Assembly: GCA_900768345.1 (NCBI GenBank)
Contig: CAAGCO010000020.1
Coordinates: 68,002 to 132,001 of the forward strand
Source: Bacilli bacterium
Lineage (GTDB): Bacteria > Bacillota_I > Bacilli_A > RF39 > UBA660
Reading direction: 5' to 3'
DNA length: 64,000 nucleotides
Part shown: positions 10,399 through 20,090 of the stretch, one piece after another
Numbering within the stretch: position 1 is the first letter of the stretch
How the letters are laid out: the number at the start of each line of letters is the position of its first letter
Program-made: the position numbers and the translations under genes
Notes under the pieces: model-generated
What the model was told of the DNA's origin: nothing
Databases searched by the model: none
What the model saw: the letters and a program-made list of their open reading frames with translations, nothing else

Positions 10399-11325
10399 AT
10401 GTTTGAAAAAATATTAAAGAAAAGTACTGGCTTATTATATATATCTACTTCTATTATTCTTGCGACTATTTTAATTTGTATTATTTCACAAGTGTATACG
10501 AAAAAATTAATAGATACAGACACTGAATATGTAACTAAAGCATTTGTAGTTGATAGTGAAAACACTAAAGCAAAAATATCAAATATAGAAAGTATAATAT
10601 ATTTGAATGAAAACTATTATATGGTTCTTACAAAAAGACAAGTTTATATGGCAAGATTATCGCTAAACGAAGCAAAAAGTATTAGAGAAAAAATAAAGAA
10701 TAATAAAGATGCTACGATATATGGTGAAATTAGAAAAGTAAATGAAGAAGCTAAAAAATATTTTATAACAACATACAATAGAGTATCAAATAAAAAAACC
10801 ATCACTGAAGATGAATATGTAAAAAAGATGGGTAATTATTATTTAGAACAAAAAGAACTAAACGATAAAATAGAAAAAACAAATAATACAATGATAATTA
10901 TTTCAATAATACTTGTATCTCTAGGAATTTCATTATCTATAATTTTTATTAGAAATAATAATAAAAACTATAAGTTAATTAGAAAGCTAAGTAAAACTGA
11001 AATTTCTAAAATAGATAAAGAATTATCTAAAGCATTAAAAAGTCACAAAACATATATAACTGAAAACTATATAATAAATTATAGTATGGGAACAAGTTTA
11101 ATAAAATATGAAAATATCTTATTTGCATACAAAAACAATATCAAAAATACAAAGCGTGATATTATTGTAATATATACAAAAGATTTAGAAAAAACTGTAG
11201 TTACAATTGATTCAAATGTTAAACTACTAGATAAAATAAAATCAAAAAATAAAAATGTTTTACTAGGTAAAACAGATAAAAATATAGAAAAACTTGAAAA
11301 AGAATATAATTTAAATATTAATTAA
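10399..11325 (+). CDS. hypothetical membrane protein (N-terminal and mid-protein TM helices)
   Basis: Two hydrophobic segments (residues ~12-32 and ~165-185), otherwise Lys/Asn-rich. No motif recognised. Confidence 0.4.
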   Translation: MFEKILKKSTGLLYISTSIILATILICIISQVYTKKLIDTDTEYVTKAFVVDSENTKAKISNIESIIYLNENYYMVLTKRQVYMARLSLNEAKSIREKIKNNKDATIYGEIRKVNEEAKKYFITTYNRVSNKKTITEDEYVKKMGNYYLEQKELNDKIEKTNNTMIIISIILVSLGISLSIIFIRNNNKNYKLIRKLSKTEISKIDKELSKALKSHKTYITENYIINYSMGTSLIKYENILFAYKNNIKNTKRDIIVIYTKDLEKTVVTIDSNVKLLDKIKSKNKNVLLGKTDKNIEKLEKEYNLNIN

Positions 11326-11350
11326 AAGGAAGAGTAATCTTCCTTTTAAT
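11324..11350. terminator. bidirectional hairpin between convergent genes
   Basis: aaaggaag-agtaat-cttccttt followed by T-runs on both strands. Confidence 0.6.
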
Positions 11351-11351
11351 T

Positions 11352-11555
11352 TTAGTTGTTACAACTATTACAATTATTTGAGCAACCATTATTTATAAAA
11401 CCTACACCAAAAATAATAACTAATAAGATAAATAATACTAATATGATTGCTGCTCCATAGCCATAACTATATCCACCATTATAATAACCAGGATATGCGC
11501 CATAATTCATTGCATTACCGCCGGCATATCCACCATTATATCCATAATAATACAT
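11352..11555 (-). CDS. tiny Gly/Tyr/Asn-rich transmembrane protein (YjcZ-like sporulation small protein family)
   Basis: MYYYGYNGGYAGGNAMNYGAYPGYYNGGYSYGYG, then hydrophobic AAIILVLFILLVIIFGVGF, then NGCSNNCNSCNN. Confidence 0.45.
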   Translation of the reverse strand: MYYYGYNGGYAGGNAMNYGAYPGYYNGGYSYGYGAAIILVLFILLVIIFGVGFINNGCSNNCNSCNN

Positions 11556-11672
11556 ATATTACCTCCTAACTTATCTATATTATTTTATGGTTTATATATT
11601 TTATTGACACAACTAAAAGTATATACAATTTACAATTATACTATTTTTTTGTATAATAAGTATGATTAGAAT

Positions 11673-12911
11673 ATGAAGAAAAAGAGAGTAAAAGTATTAA
11701 GAAATTTAAATAAGTGGATTTTAGTTCTTACTGTAATCTTTGCTTTTGGTGGTGCGTTTTTTATATTAGATGCATCATCTATTTCAGCTACATTAACTTA
11801 TGGTAAATCATCGCCTTATTTCTTCTTTTCAAGACAATTAGTTTTTGTAATTATAAGTTTTATACTTGCATTAATAATGTTAAAGGTAATAGATACAAAA
11901 GCATATGAACCGTTATCAGGAATTGCATCATTGGTGCTACTAGGAATAACGGGAGTAACAGTATTTAGCAGTGTTATAACAGGTGGAATTAGCACACTAA
12001 CTATCAATATAGCAGGAATACAATTGCAGCCAGCAGAGTTTCTAAAACTATTTCTAACAATTTATGTTGGGTCATTTTTAGGAAAATGGAGCAATGGAGG
12101 AAAACCAAAATGGTTAATTTTATTTCCATTATTAATGTGTTTCTTTGCAGTTCTATTTGTAGTTGCAGGTGGAGATTTAGGAAGTGCTGCAATTATGCTT
12201 GCTTTATTTGCATTAATTATAGTAAGTACACCATTAAGAAAAGATATAATTAATTCAGAAAACAAATCTGATATTATATTAAGAAAAGGAATTACCGCAT
12301 TAAAATATATAGCAATAATAGGCTTATTTGGAAGCATAGCAGTACTAAAATTTGGATATAAAATTATACCAGAAGATTGGCTAAATAAGAGTCAAAGACT
12401 TAGTAGACTCATTTATACTAATCCATGTGACAGATACGAGGAACAAACAGGATATCAAGTATGTAACGGATATATTGCGATAGACAATGGTGGACTATTT
12501 GGAGTTGGTCCAGGTAAATCAGTTCAAAAATATTTATATTTACCAGAAAGTCACACAGACTTCATATTTCCGATAATAGTTGAAGAATTCGGAGTTATAA
12601 CAGGAATAGTTATTGTATTCTTATATATAGTTCTTACATACTTAATATTTAAAGTAGCTACTAATACTTATGAATTATCTAATTCAATAATATGCTATGG
12701 AATTGGTATCTATTTTATGTTACATATATTTGTAAATCTTGGTGGAGTGCTTGGAATAATACCATTAACAGGAGTACCACTTCCATTTTTAAGTTATGGT
12801 GGAAGTTCATGTTTAGCAATAATCGGAGCATTCACTGTTGTCCAAAGAATCTATATTGAAAACCAAATTGAAAAGAAAAACAGAGAAATAAATAAAATAG
12901 TTAATAAATAG
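11673..12911 (+). CDS. SEDS-family peptidoglycan glycosyltransferase (FtsW/RodA/SpoVE family)
   Basis: 10 TM profile, conserved GVPLPFLSYGGSS motif near the C-terminus. Confidence 0.8.
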   Translation: MKKKRVKVLRNLNKWILVLTVIFAFGGAFFILDASSISATLTYGKSSPYFFFSRQLVFVIISFILALIMLKVIDTKAYEPLSGIASLVLLGITGVTVFSSVITGGISTLTINIAGIQLQPAEFLKLFLTIYVGSFLGKWSNGGKPKWLILFPLLMCFFAVLFVVAGGDLGSAAIMLALFALIIVSTPLRKDIINSENKSDIILRKGITALKYIAIIGLFGSIAVLKFGYKIIPEDWLNKSQRLSRLIYTNPCDRYEEQTGYQVCNGYIAIDNGGLFGVGPGKSVQKYLYLPESHTDFIFPIIVEEFGVITGIVIVFLYIVLTYLIFKVATNTYELSNSIICYGIGIYFMLHIFVNLGGVLGIIPLTGVPLPFLSYGGSSCLAIIGAFTVVQRIYIENQIEKKNREINKIVNK

Positions 12912-12940
12912 AATTTCATAGAAATTCTATTTTTATTTTA
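12910..12940 (+). terminator. rho-independent terminator
   Basis: agaatttc-ata-gaaattct followed by atttttatttt. Confidence 0.6.
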
Positions 12941-13033
12941 AAAATGTTATAATATAACAAAGAAGGTGAAAGAGATGAACAAATTAATGTAAGTATGGCA
13001 TAAACTTAAATTATGCCCAAAAGGAGGCATAAA

Positions 13034-14566
13034 ATGATAGAAATAAAAGATTTATCTATCAAAGTAAATGATAGATACTTAATTAAAAGTTTAACTCTAA
13101 ATCTTAACAAAAACGATAAATTAGCTATAATTGGTGAAGAAGGAAATGGAAAATCAACACTTCTAAAATGTATAATAGGCAAATGTGATTATGCAGAAAT
13201 AACCGGAACAATAAACTTAAAAAATAACAAAGTAGGCTATTTAGAACAAAATATAAAAGAAGAATATAAAAATCAAAAAGTATATAATTATATTTTTATA
13301 GACGATATAGATTATTATAATAAAATAAACAACTTTTATAAATATTTAGAAATATTAAATTTAAAAGATAATATCTTAGATAAATATATGAATACTTTAT
13401 CCGGTGGTGAAAAAATAAAAGTAGCTATTTTAAAACTATTATTAAATGAAAGTGACGTACTTTTACTAGATGAGCCAACCAATGATTTAGATATTGAAAC
13501 ACTATTATGGTTAGAAAACTTTATAAACAAAGTAGATATACCAATTATTTATATATCTCATGATGAAACACTATTATCTAAAACAGCTAATATGATACTT
13601 CATATTGAAAGTTTAAAAAAGAAAACAGAATGTAAACACACTCTTCTAAAAATTAGATATGATGAGTATGTAGACTTAAGACTTAGGATAATTAATCATC
13701 AAACTCAAATTCATAATTTTGAAAGAAAAGATTATCAAAAAAAGGAAGAAAAACTTATTCATCAAAAGCAAAAAGTAGAATTTGAACAAAATAATATATC
13801 AAGAGGCGATCCACACGGAGGAAGACTTCTTAAAAAAAAGATGCACAATATAAAAAGTCAAGAAAGAAAACTAGAAAATATAGATATAACTGAAAAGCCA
13901 GATCCTGAAGAATCAATTAATTTTAAATTTGAAGAAGTAAACATACCAAATAATAAGAAAATACTAAATCTTAATAATTATAATTTGATTATAAATAACA
14001 ACAATATAAAAATAAATTTAGAAGTATATGGAAATGTTCATATATGCATAATAGGTAAAAATGGTACAGGAAAAACAACATTAATAAGAAAAATCTATGA
14101 CATATTAAAAGACAAAACTGATATAAAAGTAGGTTATATGCCACAAAATTATAACGAAGTGTTTAGTAATTATGATAATGTTTTGGACTATATAACTGAT
14201 AATAGTAAGAATAAAGATGAAATTACTAAAGTAAGAATGTATTTAGGTAATATGAAATTTACTAGTGAAGAAATGACAGGAAAAATAAACAATCTGAGTG
14301 GAGGAAGTAAAGCTAAATTAATATTAATGAAATTAGTACTAGATAAGTGTAATGTACTTGTGCTTGATGAACCTACAAGAAATGTAAGCCCGCTTTCTAA
14401 TCCGGTAATAAGAAAAGTATTAAAAGACTTTAAAGGTACAATTATTTCAGTATCACATGATAGAAAATATATAGAGGAAGTAGCAAATAAGTTATATATT
14501 TTAACTAATAATGGATTAAATCTAATTGAAAAAGATAATTTTATAGATAAATTAATCGAAAAATAG
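13034..14566 (+). CDS. ABC-F family ATPase (two tandem ABC domains, no TMD)
   Basis: Walker A IGEEGNGKST and IGKNGTGKTT, two LSGG signatures (LSGGEKIKV, LSGGSKAKL), inter-domain linker. Start at ATG 13034 after AAGGAGG. Confidence 0.8.
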   Translation: MIEIKDLSIKVNDRYLIKSLTLNLNKNDKLAIIGEEGNGKSTLLKCIIGKCDYAEITGTINLKNNKVGYLEQNIKEEYKNQKVYNYIFIDDIDYYNKINNFYKYLEILNLKDNILDKYMNTLSGGEKIKVAILKLLLNESDVLLLDEPTNDLDIETLLWLENFINKVDIPIIYISHDETLLSKTANMILHIESLKKKTECKHTLLKIRYDEYVDLRLRIINHQTQIHNFERKDYQKKEEKLIHQKQKVEFEQNNISRGDPHGGRLLKKKMHNIKSQERKLENIDITEKPDPEESINFKFEEVNIPNNKKILNLNNYNLIINNNNIKINLEVYGNVHICIIGKNGTGKTTLIRKIYDILKDKTDIKVGYMPQNYNEVFSNYDNVLDYITDNSKNKDEITKVRMYLGNMKFTSEEMTGKINNLSGGSKAKLILMKLVLDKCNVLVLDEPTRNVSPLSNPVIRKVLKDFKGTIISVSHDRKYIEEVANKLYILTNNGLNLIEKDNFIDKLIEK

Positions 14567-14666
14567 CCAAAAAACTAGACAATGTGTATAAATTGTGTTA
14601 TTATTATATCGCTTAATCCGATGCATTTATGTATGATTAAATAAAGCACAAAGGAGGATATATAGT

Positions 14667-15005
14667 ATGAATCTAATTGACAAGATCAATAAGAAACAAA
14701 TCAACCCAAATGTTCCTGCTTTCCAAGTTGGAGACACAGTAAGAGTTGATGTTAAGATCAAAGAAGGTAAAAGAGAAAGAATTCAAGCATTCGAAGGAAT
14801 CGTAACTGCTCGTAAAGGTGGAAGCGTATCTGAAACATTTACTGTTAGAAAGAAAAGCGGAAGCGTTGGAGTTAATAGAATTTTCCCAGTTAATAGCCCA
14901 TTAATCGATAAGATTACAGTTGTTAAAAAAGGAAAAGTAAGAAGAGCTAAACTTAACTTCTTAAAAGGATTAACAGGAAGCTTTAGAATTAAAGAAAGAA
15001 ATTAG
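14667..15005 (+). CDS. rplS: 50S ribosomal protein L19
   Basis: MNLIDKI...[28 protein letters not shown], 112 aa. Confidence 0.9.
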   Translation: MNLIDKINKKQINPNVPAFQVGDTVRVDVKIKEGKRERIQAFEGIVTARKGGSVSETFTVRKKSGSVGVNRIFPVNSPLIDKITVVKKGKVRRAKLNFLKGLTGSFRIKERN

Positions 15006-15043
15006 GTTTTACACCTAATTTTTTATTAGAAAAAGGAGATTAA

Positions 15044-15538
15044 ATGAAAAAAATATGGTATTCAATAAAAGACTATGTTTATATAGTTTTAATAGTAGTA
15101 CTAATTAGAACATTCTTAGTAACACCAGCAGCAGTTTCAGGAAGCAGTATGGAAAGTACCCTTAACAACCATGATTTAGTCATAATAAATAAATTGGTTT
15201 ATAGAATAAAACCAATCGAAAGATTTGATATAGTCGTAGTCAATAATGAAGAAGATAATGATAGAATTATCAAAAGACTAATTGGTCTTCCAAATGAAAC
15301 AATTGAATACAAAGATAATAAACTTTATATAAATGGAGAACTAATAGAAACAAAACTAAGCTTTAAAGATACAGATGATTTCAAAGTTGAAACTAAAGAT
15401 GATGAATACTTTGTTTTAGGAGACAATAGACCTGTATCAAAAGATAGTAGAATACTAGGAAGTTTTAATAAAAAAGATATTATCGGAAGAGTAGGAATAA
15501 GATTTTATCCATTTGATAAAGTAGGTTATGTAAAGTAA
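15044..15538 (+). CDS. lepB: signal peptidase I
   Basis: SGSSMESTL (catalytic Ser box), RLIGLPNETIEY, VLGDNRPVSKDSR (box E), N-terminal TM anchor. Confidence 0.85.
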   Translation: MKKIWYSIKDYVYIVLIVVLIRTFLVTPAAVSGSSMESTLNNHDLVIINKLVYRIKPIERFDIVVVNNEEDNDRIIKRLIGLPNETIEYKDNKLYINGELIETKLSFKDTDDFKVETKDDEYFVLGDNRPVSKDSRILGSFNKKDIIGRVGIRFYPFDKVGYVK

Positions 15539-15593
15539 TAATGAGTAGCATTATTACTTTTTTTATGTTAAAATTTTCATAGTAGGAGTAGTA

Positions 15594-16439
15594 ATGACTA
15601 AAGAAGATTATTTAAAAATAGCAAAAGAAAAATTTAGTAAGAATACACAATCATTAGTTATAAGGCAAATTAATAATTATTATAAAGCTAAAGAAAAGTA
15701 TAGAATAGAGAAGCCTAAATATAACATCGGTGATAAAGTAAAACTTAGCAAAGGAACACTACTTCATGGCACATACAAAAATATAGATGGACTTAAAGAA
15801 ATATTAAAAGATGGTCTTGTATCTAGTTGGTTTGTAAATGCAAGAACATCTAAGTATCCAAGTAGTGTAAGTGTATGGAATTTAAAACAAGATTATTACT
15901 TAAAAGATTATATTGATTTTTATTCAGGTGGAACTATTTTATATGCTGGAGTATTTGAAAATGGAAAAGATACACAGCAAAATAAAACAGCAGTCATTCC
16001 TCACTCAAGAATGAAAAATATTATAGAAGAATCTAAAAAATATGATTGTCATATGTGGTCAATCGAAGAAACTAAAGAAGCAAGATTCTTACCAAATTTA
16101 CTACAAGATAGAGTACAAATAGGTATAATATTTGATAGTAATAATAAATACATAGAAAAACAATTAAAAGGAGATATCTTATCAAATACTATCTCAAATA
16201 GAAAACTAAAAGAATTTGTAAATCCAGCATACTATGAAAGATTCATAAAAGATAAGAAACACAAAGATGATTTCTTCACAGATAGAGAAAGTGCAATAAT
16301 TTTCGGAATTCCTTCAAACTTCATAGAGGGAATACTAGTTGGAAAAATATATGAAAAAGATGATAAAATATTAGATGAAATAAAAAAACTACTACCAAAC
16401 TCATACATATGTAATCTAGATGGAATAGTTATAAGGTGA
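15594..16439 (+). CDS. ADP-ribosyltransferase-fold protein (PARP/Tpt1-like H-G-T motif)
   Basis: TLLHGTYKNIDGLKEILKDGL matches the LL(W)HG(S/T)...IL..GL signature shared by PARP catalytic domains and Tpt1/KptA RNA 2'-phosphotransferases. Tyr-rich DYYLKDYIDFY follows. Confidence 0.4.
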   Translation: MTKEDYLKIAKEKFSKNTQSLVIRQINNYYKAKEKYRIEKPKYNIGDKVKLSKGTLLHGTYKNIDGLKEILKDGLVSSWFVNARTSKYPSSVSVWNLKQDYYLKDYIDFYSGGTILYAGVFENGKDTQQNKTAVIPHSRMKNIIEESKKYDCHMWSIEETKEARFLPNLLQDRVQIGIIFDSNNKYIEKQLKGDILSNTISNRKLKEFVNPAYYERFIKDKKHKDDFFTDRESAIIFGIPSNFIEGILVGKIYEKDDKILDEIKKLLPNSYICNLDGIVIR

Positions 16440-16443
16440 TAAA

Positions 16444-16995
16444 ATGAATGGTAAAGTTATTATAATAGGTGGAAATAAAAGAGCAGGTAAAACAACATTA
16501 TCTAATTTGCTACATAACAAGTATAATTTTAATCAATATAATTTTGATATGATATTAGACTCTTTAGAAGCAACATTTAAAGACTTAGAAGATGGAAATG
16601 ATGATAAATATATTGAATTACTCGATAATATGATAAATAGAAGTCTTGAAGATGCTAAAAACTATGGAATAAATACTCTATATGAATATATATTTACACC
16701 AAAACAAATATCAAAATTAAAAAATAAGAATAATATAAAAATATATTTTTTAGCAAATCTTGATGCTAATGAAGACAACATTGAAAGTGATATGATAAAA
16801 TACTCAAAATCTTATGATTGGCCAGTAACAGCTACAAAAGAAGATGTAAAAAGAAACATTAATTATATTTTAGAAAGAAATGAACTATTAAAAGAAGAAT
16901 GTAAAAAATATAATTTTAGATTAGTAAACACTAGTAGAGAAGATAATAGAAATAAAATATTGAATGATCTAGTAGAAGAAACAATGAAAGAATAA
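16444..16995 (+). CDS. P-loop kinase-like ATPase (AAA_33/zeta-toxin/PNK-kinase-like)
   Basis: Walker A IIIGGNKRAGKTTLSNLL at the N-terminus, 183 aa. Start 5 nt after the upstream stop. Confidence 0.5.
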   Translation: MNGKVIIIGGNKRAGKTTLSNLLHNKYNFNQYNFDMILDSLEATFKDLEDGNDDKYIELLDNMINRSLEDAKNYGINTLYEYIFTPKQISKLKNKNNIKIYFLANLDANEDNIESDMIKYSKSYDWPVTATKEDVKRNINYILERNELLKEECKKYNFRLVNTSREDNRNKILNDLVEETMKE

Positions 16996-17001
16996 AATAT
17001 T

Positions 17002-17460
17002 ATGAAAGATATAAGATATAAAGAAAACAATTATCAATTTCACTATAGAACATCAGCTATTATTTATAATAAAGATAAAACTAAAATATTACTCTTTAAG
17101 TCATCAAATAGAGACTTTTATATGCTACCAGGTGGTAAAGTAAATGAACTTGAAAGTAGTGAAGATGCTCTTAAAAGAGAAGTGCAAGAAGAAACAGGAT
17201 TAAAAATAAATATAATAGATTTTAAATGCTTTAGTGAATGTGTAGTAACTGATAAAGAAATGACCTATCAGCAAGTAGAAGCTATTTATGAAGCAAGTTA
17301 TAATGATGAAATAAATAATGATGAATTTAATGGTTTAGAAGGAAATTGGATACTATTTAAATGGTTCAATATTAATAATTTGGACAATATACTAATAGAG
17401 CCAAAAGGAATAAAAGATATATTAAAGAATAATAAAAATCACATAGTAGATGGATTTTAA
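17002..17460 (+). CDS. NUDIX hydrolase
   Basis: Nudix box GGKVNELESSEDALKREVQEETGL (GX5EX7REUXEEXGU). Confidence 0.8.
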   Translation: MKDIRYKENNYQFHYRTSAIIYNKDKTKILLFKSSNRDFYMLPGGKVNELESSEDALKREVQEETGLKINIIDFKCFSECVVTDKEMTYQQVEAIYEASYNDEINNDEFNGLEGNWILFKWFNINNLDNILIEPKGIKDILKNNKNHIVDGF

Positions 17461-17476
17461 AATAAGTAGGTGAGTA

Positions 17477-19243
17477 ATGAAACAAAGTGATATAGAAAAA
17501 TTAATAAAGCAAGGATATTCTATAGAAGAAATAAGAGTTGCTTTAAATGGCTTAAGTACTATAGCTTTATCTCCTCAAGAAAAAGAAGCATTGGGTGAAG
17601 GAAGAGATGACAGAACTGTTTACGTAACTCCTCAAAATGGTGAAGAGAAAAAAACAAGCTCTATAATGATGGGATATAACAAACAGGGTATAGAACTAGA
17701 AAACGGAGAGTACGTAAATTTTGATGAAGTATCAGAAGCAATTAATAAAGAATTACAAACTGATGAACCAAATATAGTATATGTAAGCAAGAAAACAGGC
17801 AAAAAGATAGCTAAACCAGAAGTAATAGAAGAACTATTTAAAGATGTAATTGCTGTATCAAATGGTTTAAAAATAAGTGAAGATAATTCTATTCAAAATC
17901 AAAATACTGCAAGAATTGCAATCGAAGAATATGCTAAAAACAAAGAACATAATAAAGGTGTAATGATGTTCGGAAACGAAGGAATAGAACTACCAAACGG
18001 AGACTATGTTCTCATTTCGGAAATAGAAAGTGCTTTAGAAAATTATGTAAGAATGACCCCATCAGAAATAATTGAAATAGAAGACCCAACAAAAGGACAA
18101 GACACAAAACAAAAGCCTAAGAAAGAAGAAAAATATAGAGTAATAGATAGAATCAAAAAGAAAATGACTATCATACCAATTATTATAGCTATCGCAGGTA
18201 CACTTGCAACTGGATTTAAAATGGAACCTACATTTACTACAGAGGTAGTACAAAATGATAGAACGGAAGCTATATATATGGTAGATGAACTTCATGAAAA
18301 AAGTGAGCAAGAATTAACAGAGGAAGCAGTAGAAAGAATACAAGATATTAAAACGGGCGATAAAATTCAAATGGAAGAAGGAATTGAATACCACGAATCA
18401 AGTACTTATAAATATGGTGGAGCAAACAAAAGTGCTGAGTTTGGTGGAAAATATAGAGAAGCCGGAGAATATAATGTAGAATACATTTCAATACTTCATG
18501 ATGGCAAAAGAGTACAAGTTAAATATAATGAAGGAGAAAGTCTAGGGGAAAACTTAAAAGAAACAGCAGATAGACTAGGAGTATCCATAAGTGACTTAGA
18601 ATCATACCTTCATATAGGTGGTCCAGTAGCAGGATGGGTATCAACTGATGATTTAGTAAAGTTCCAAGTAGATAAATCACTAGAAGATAAAAATGTTATA
18701 TTAGAAACAAGCAAAAACATCAAAGTAGAGAATAAAGACTTCAACGGAAGCACAATAAGTATAAATGAAAACGGCACTAATGTAGACTTAAAAGTAGTAG
18801 ATGAAAATGGTAACTTATTAAATCCAGGTTCCATAGTGACAGGTTCAAACGGAGTAAAATATAGAATACAAGATTATAATTTAGAACAAAAACTTGATAA
18901 AGAAGAAAAACAAATTCAAACAGGTGAACACCTAACTTGGAGTATACATAATATCAGTAGTGAAGTTGCACTATTATCAGCAGCAGCATCTCTAATAGCA
19001 ACAAAATTAAGTAAACGAAATGATAAAAAGATGGTAACACTTACTGAAAGCAAAATAAATGAATTAGTAGGAAATGCAAGGCAAAAATTTGAACACGAAA
19101 GTGAATTCCAAAAAGCAGTAGATTCTTTAGTAAGTAAAAGAATAAAACCAGAAATAGCTGAAAAAGCAAATCTTAAAGATGCATTAATAGATAAACAAAT
19201 AACAGTTGAAGATATAGAAAATTTAGGAGGTCCACAATTATGA
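17477..19243 (+). CDS. hypothetical bitopic membrane protein with internal repeats
   Basis: Single TM (IIPIIIAIAGTLATGF) mid-protein. N-terminal half has repeated ~30-aa units (GYNKQGIELENGEYVNFDEVSEAI / MFGNEGIELPNGDYVLISEIESAL). Confidence 0.5.
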   Translation: MKQSDIEKLIKQGYSIEEIRVALNGLSTIALSPQEKEALGEGRDDRTVYVTPQNGEEKKTSSIMMGYNKQGIELENGEYVNFDEVSEAINKELQTDEPNIVYVSKKTGKKIAKPEVIEELFKDVIAVSNGLKISEDNSIQNQNTARIAIEEYAKNKEHNKGVMMFGNEGIELPNGDYVLISEIESALENYVRMTPSEIIEIEDPTKGQDTKQKPKKEEKYRVIDRIKKKMTIIPIIIAIAGTLATGFKMEPTFTTEVVQNDRTEAIYMVDELHEKSEQELTEEAVERIQDIKTGDKIQMEEGIEYHESSTYKYGGANKSAEFGGKYREAGEYNVEYISILHDGKRVQVKYNEGESLGENLKETADRLGVSISDLESYLHIGGPVAGWVSTDDLVKFQVDKSLEDKNVILETSKNIKVENKDFNGSTISINENGTNVDLKVVDENGNLLNPGSIVTGSNGVKYRIQDYNLEQKLDKEEKQIQTGEHLTWSIHNISSEVALLSAAASLIATKLSKRNDKKMVTLTESKINELVGNARQKFEHESEFQKAVDSLVSKRIKPEIAEKANLKDALIDKQITVEDIENLGGPQL

Positions 19244-19533
19244 GAGAAGACTCATCATTTAACCAATATGTAAATGCATATAAAAAATTACCACTTCAAA
19301 AGAAGAAAGAAATGGTAAACGAAGAAACTAAAAAACTAATCGCATTCATTGAAAAAATAAACGCAGATATGGGTATAAAAGAACAAACATTATTTAATAG
19401 AGAAATACTTGATTTAAATAGCAATAACATTAGTGATGATGATTTTACTGAAGCTATGTTTGTATATATTCATACTATTAGAGAATCACTTGGAGCATAC
19501 TTCAATAAAGTATCAGAAGTATTATATAAATAA
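19240..19533 (+). CDS. hypothetical protein (overlaps upstream stop by 4 nt)
   Basis: ATGA overlap suggests coupling with the 588-aa gene. Confidence 0.4.
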   Translation: MREDSSFNQYVNAYKKLPLQKKKEMVNEETKKLIAFIEKINADMGIKEQTLFNREILDLNSNNISDDDFTEAMFVYIHTIRESLGAYFNKVSEVLYK

Positions 19534-19542
19534 GGAGGATTT

Positions 19543-19770
19543 ATGATAGAAACAGGTGAAATAATAACATTAAGTAATAATAAGGAATATATTTGTTTTA
19601 GTTCTTTGAATTATGAAGGAAAACATTATATATATTTAATAAGCAATTTTAAACCATTAGAGATTAAATTTGGAATTCAAACTATTGAAAATAACGAAAT
19701 AAGTATAGAAATTATAAACGATCAAAAAGAAAAAGAAAAAGTCTTATCTTTATTCCAAAATCAAAAATAA
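19543..19770 (+). CDS. hypothetical small protein
   Basis: 75-aa ORF with RBS AAGGAGGA upstream. Confidence 0.4.
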   Translation: MIETGEIITLSNNKEYICFSSLNYEGKHYIYLISNFKPLEIKFGIQTIENNEISIEIINDQKEKEKVLSLFQNQK

Positions 19771-19800
19771 AATGTAGAAAATTAATTCTACATTTTTATT
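19770..19800 (+). terminator. rho-independent terminator closing the 15.6-19.8 kb cluster
   Basis: aaatgtagaa-aattaa-ttctacattt followed by ttatttg. Confidence 0.6.
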
Positions 19801-20090
19801 TGATTTCAGTTCCTCCCCATTCAAGGACTGTATAACCATTTCTATTTACTTTGGTTAATTTTTGTTCTTTAATATCTATTTTATTATCTAGTTTTTTATA
19901 TGTCATAAGAACTCTTATAAGTGTTTCAAGTTTTGGTAACCAATATATTATAAATTCTTTACTTTCTCTTTCATTAAGTCCTAGTATTTCTAATTTTTAT
20001 TCTAAGAACTTAGCTGTATCTTTTCCTTCAATAACAAATCCATCATCAGTACTAAAATTAATATTTTGTTTGCTTTCATATCAAATGGAA
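19795..20090 (-). pseudogene. degraded small secreted-protein gene remnant
   Basis: Minus-strand translation gives MKANKILILVL... (signal-peptide-like) and, in shifted frames, ...DDGFVIEGKDTAKFLE* and ...IIYWLPKLETLIRVLMTYKKLDNKIDIKEQKLTKVNRNGYTVLEWGGTEIK*. Multiple stops/frameshifts, no long ORF on either strand. Confidence 0.3.
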
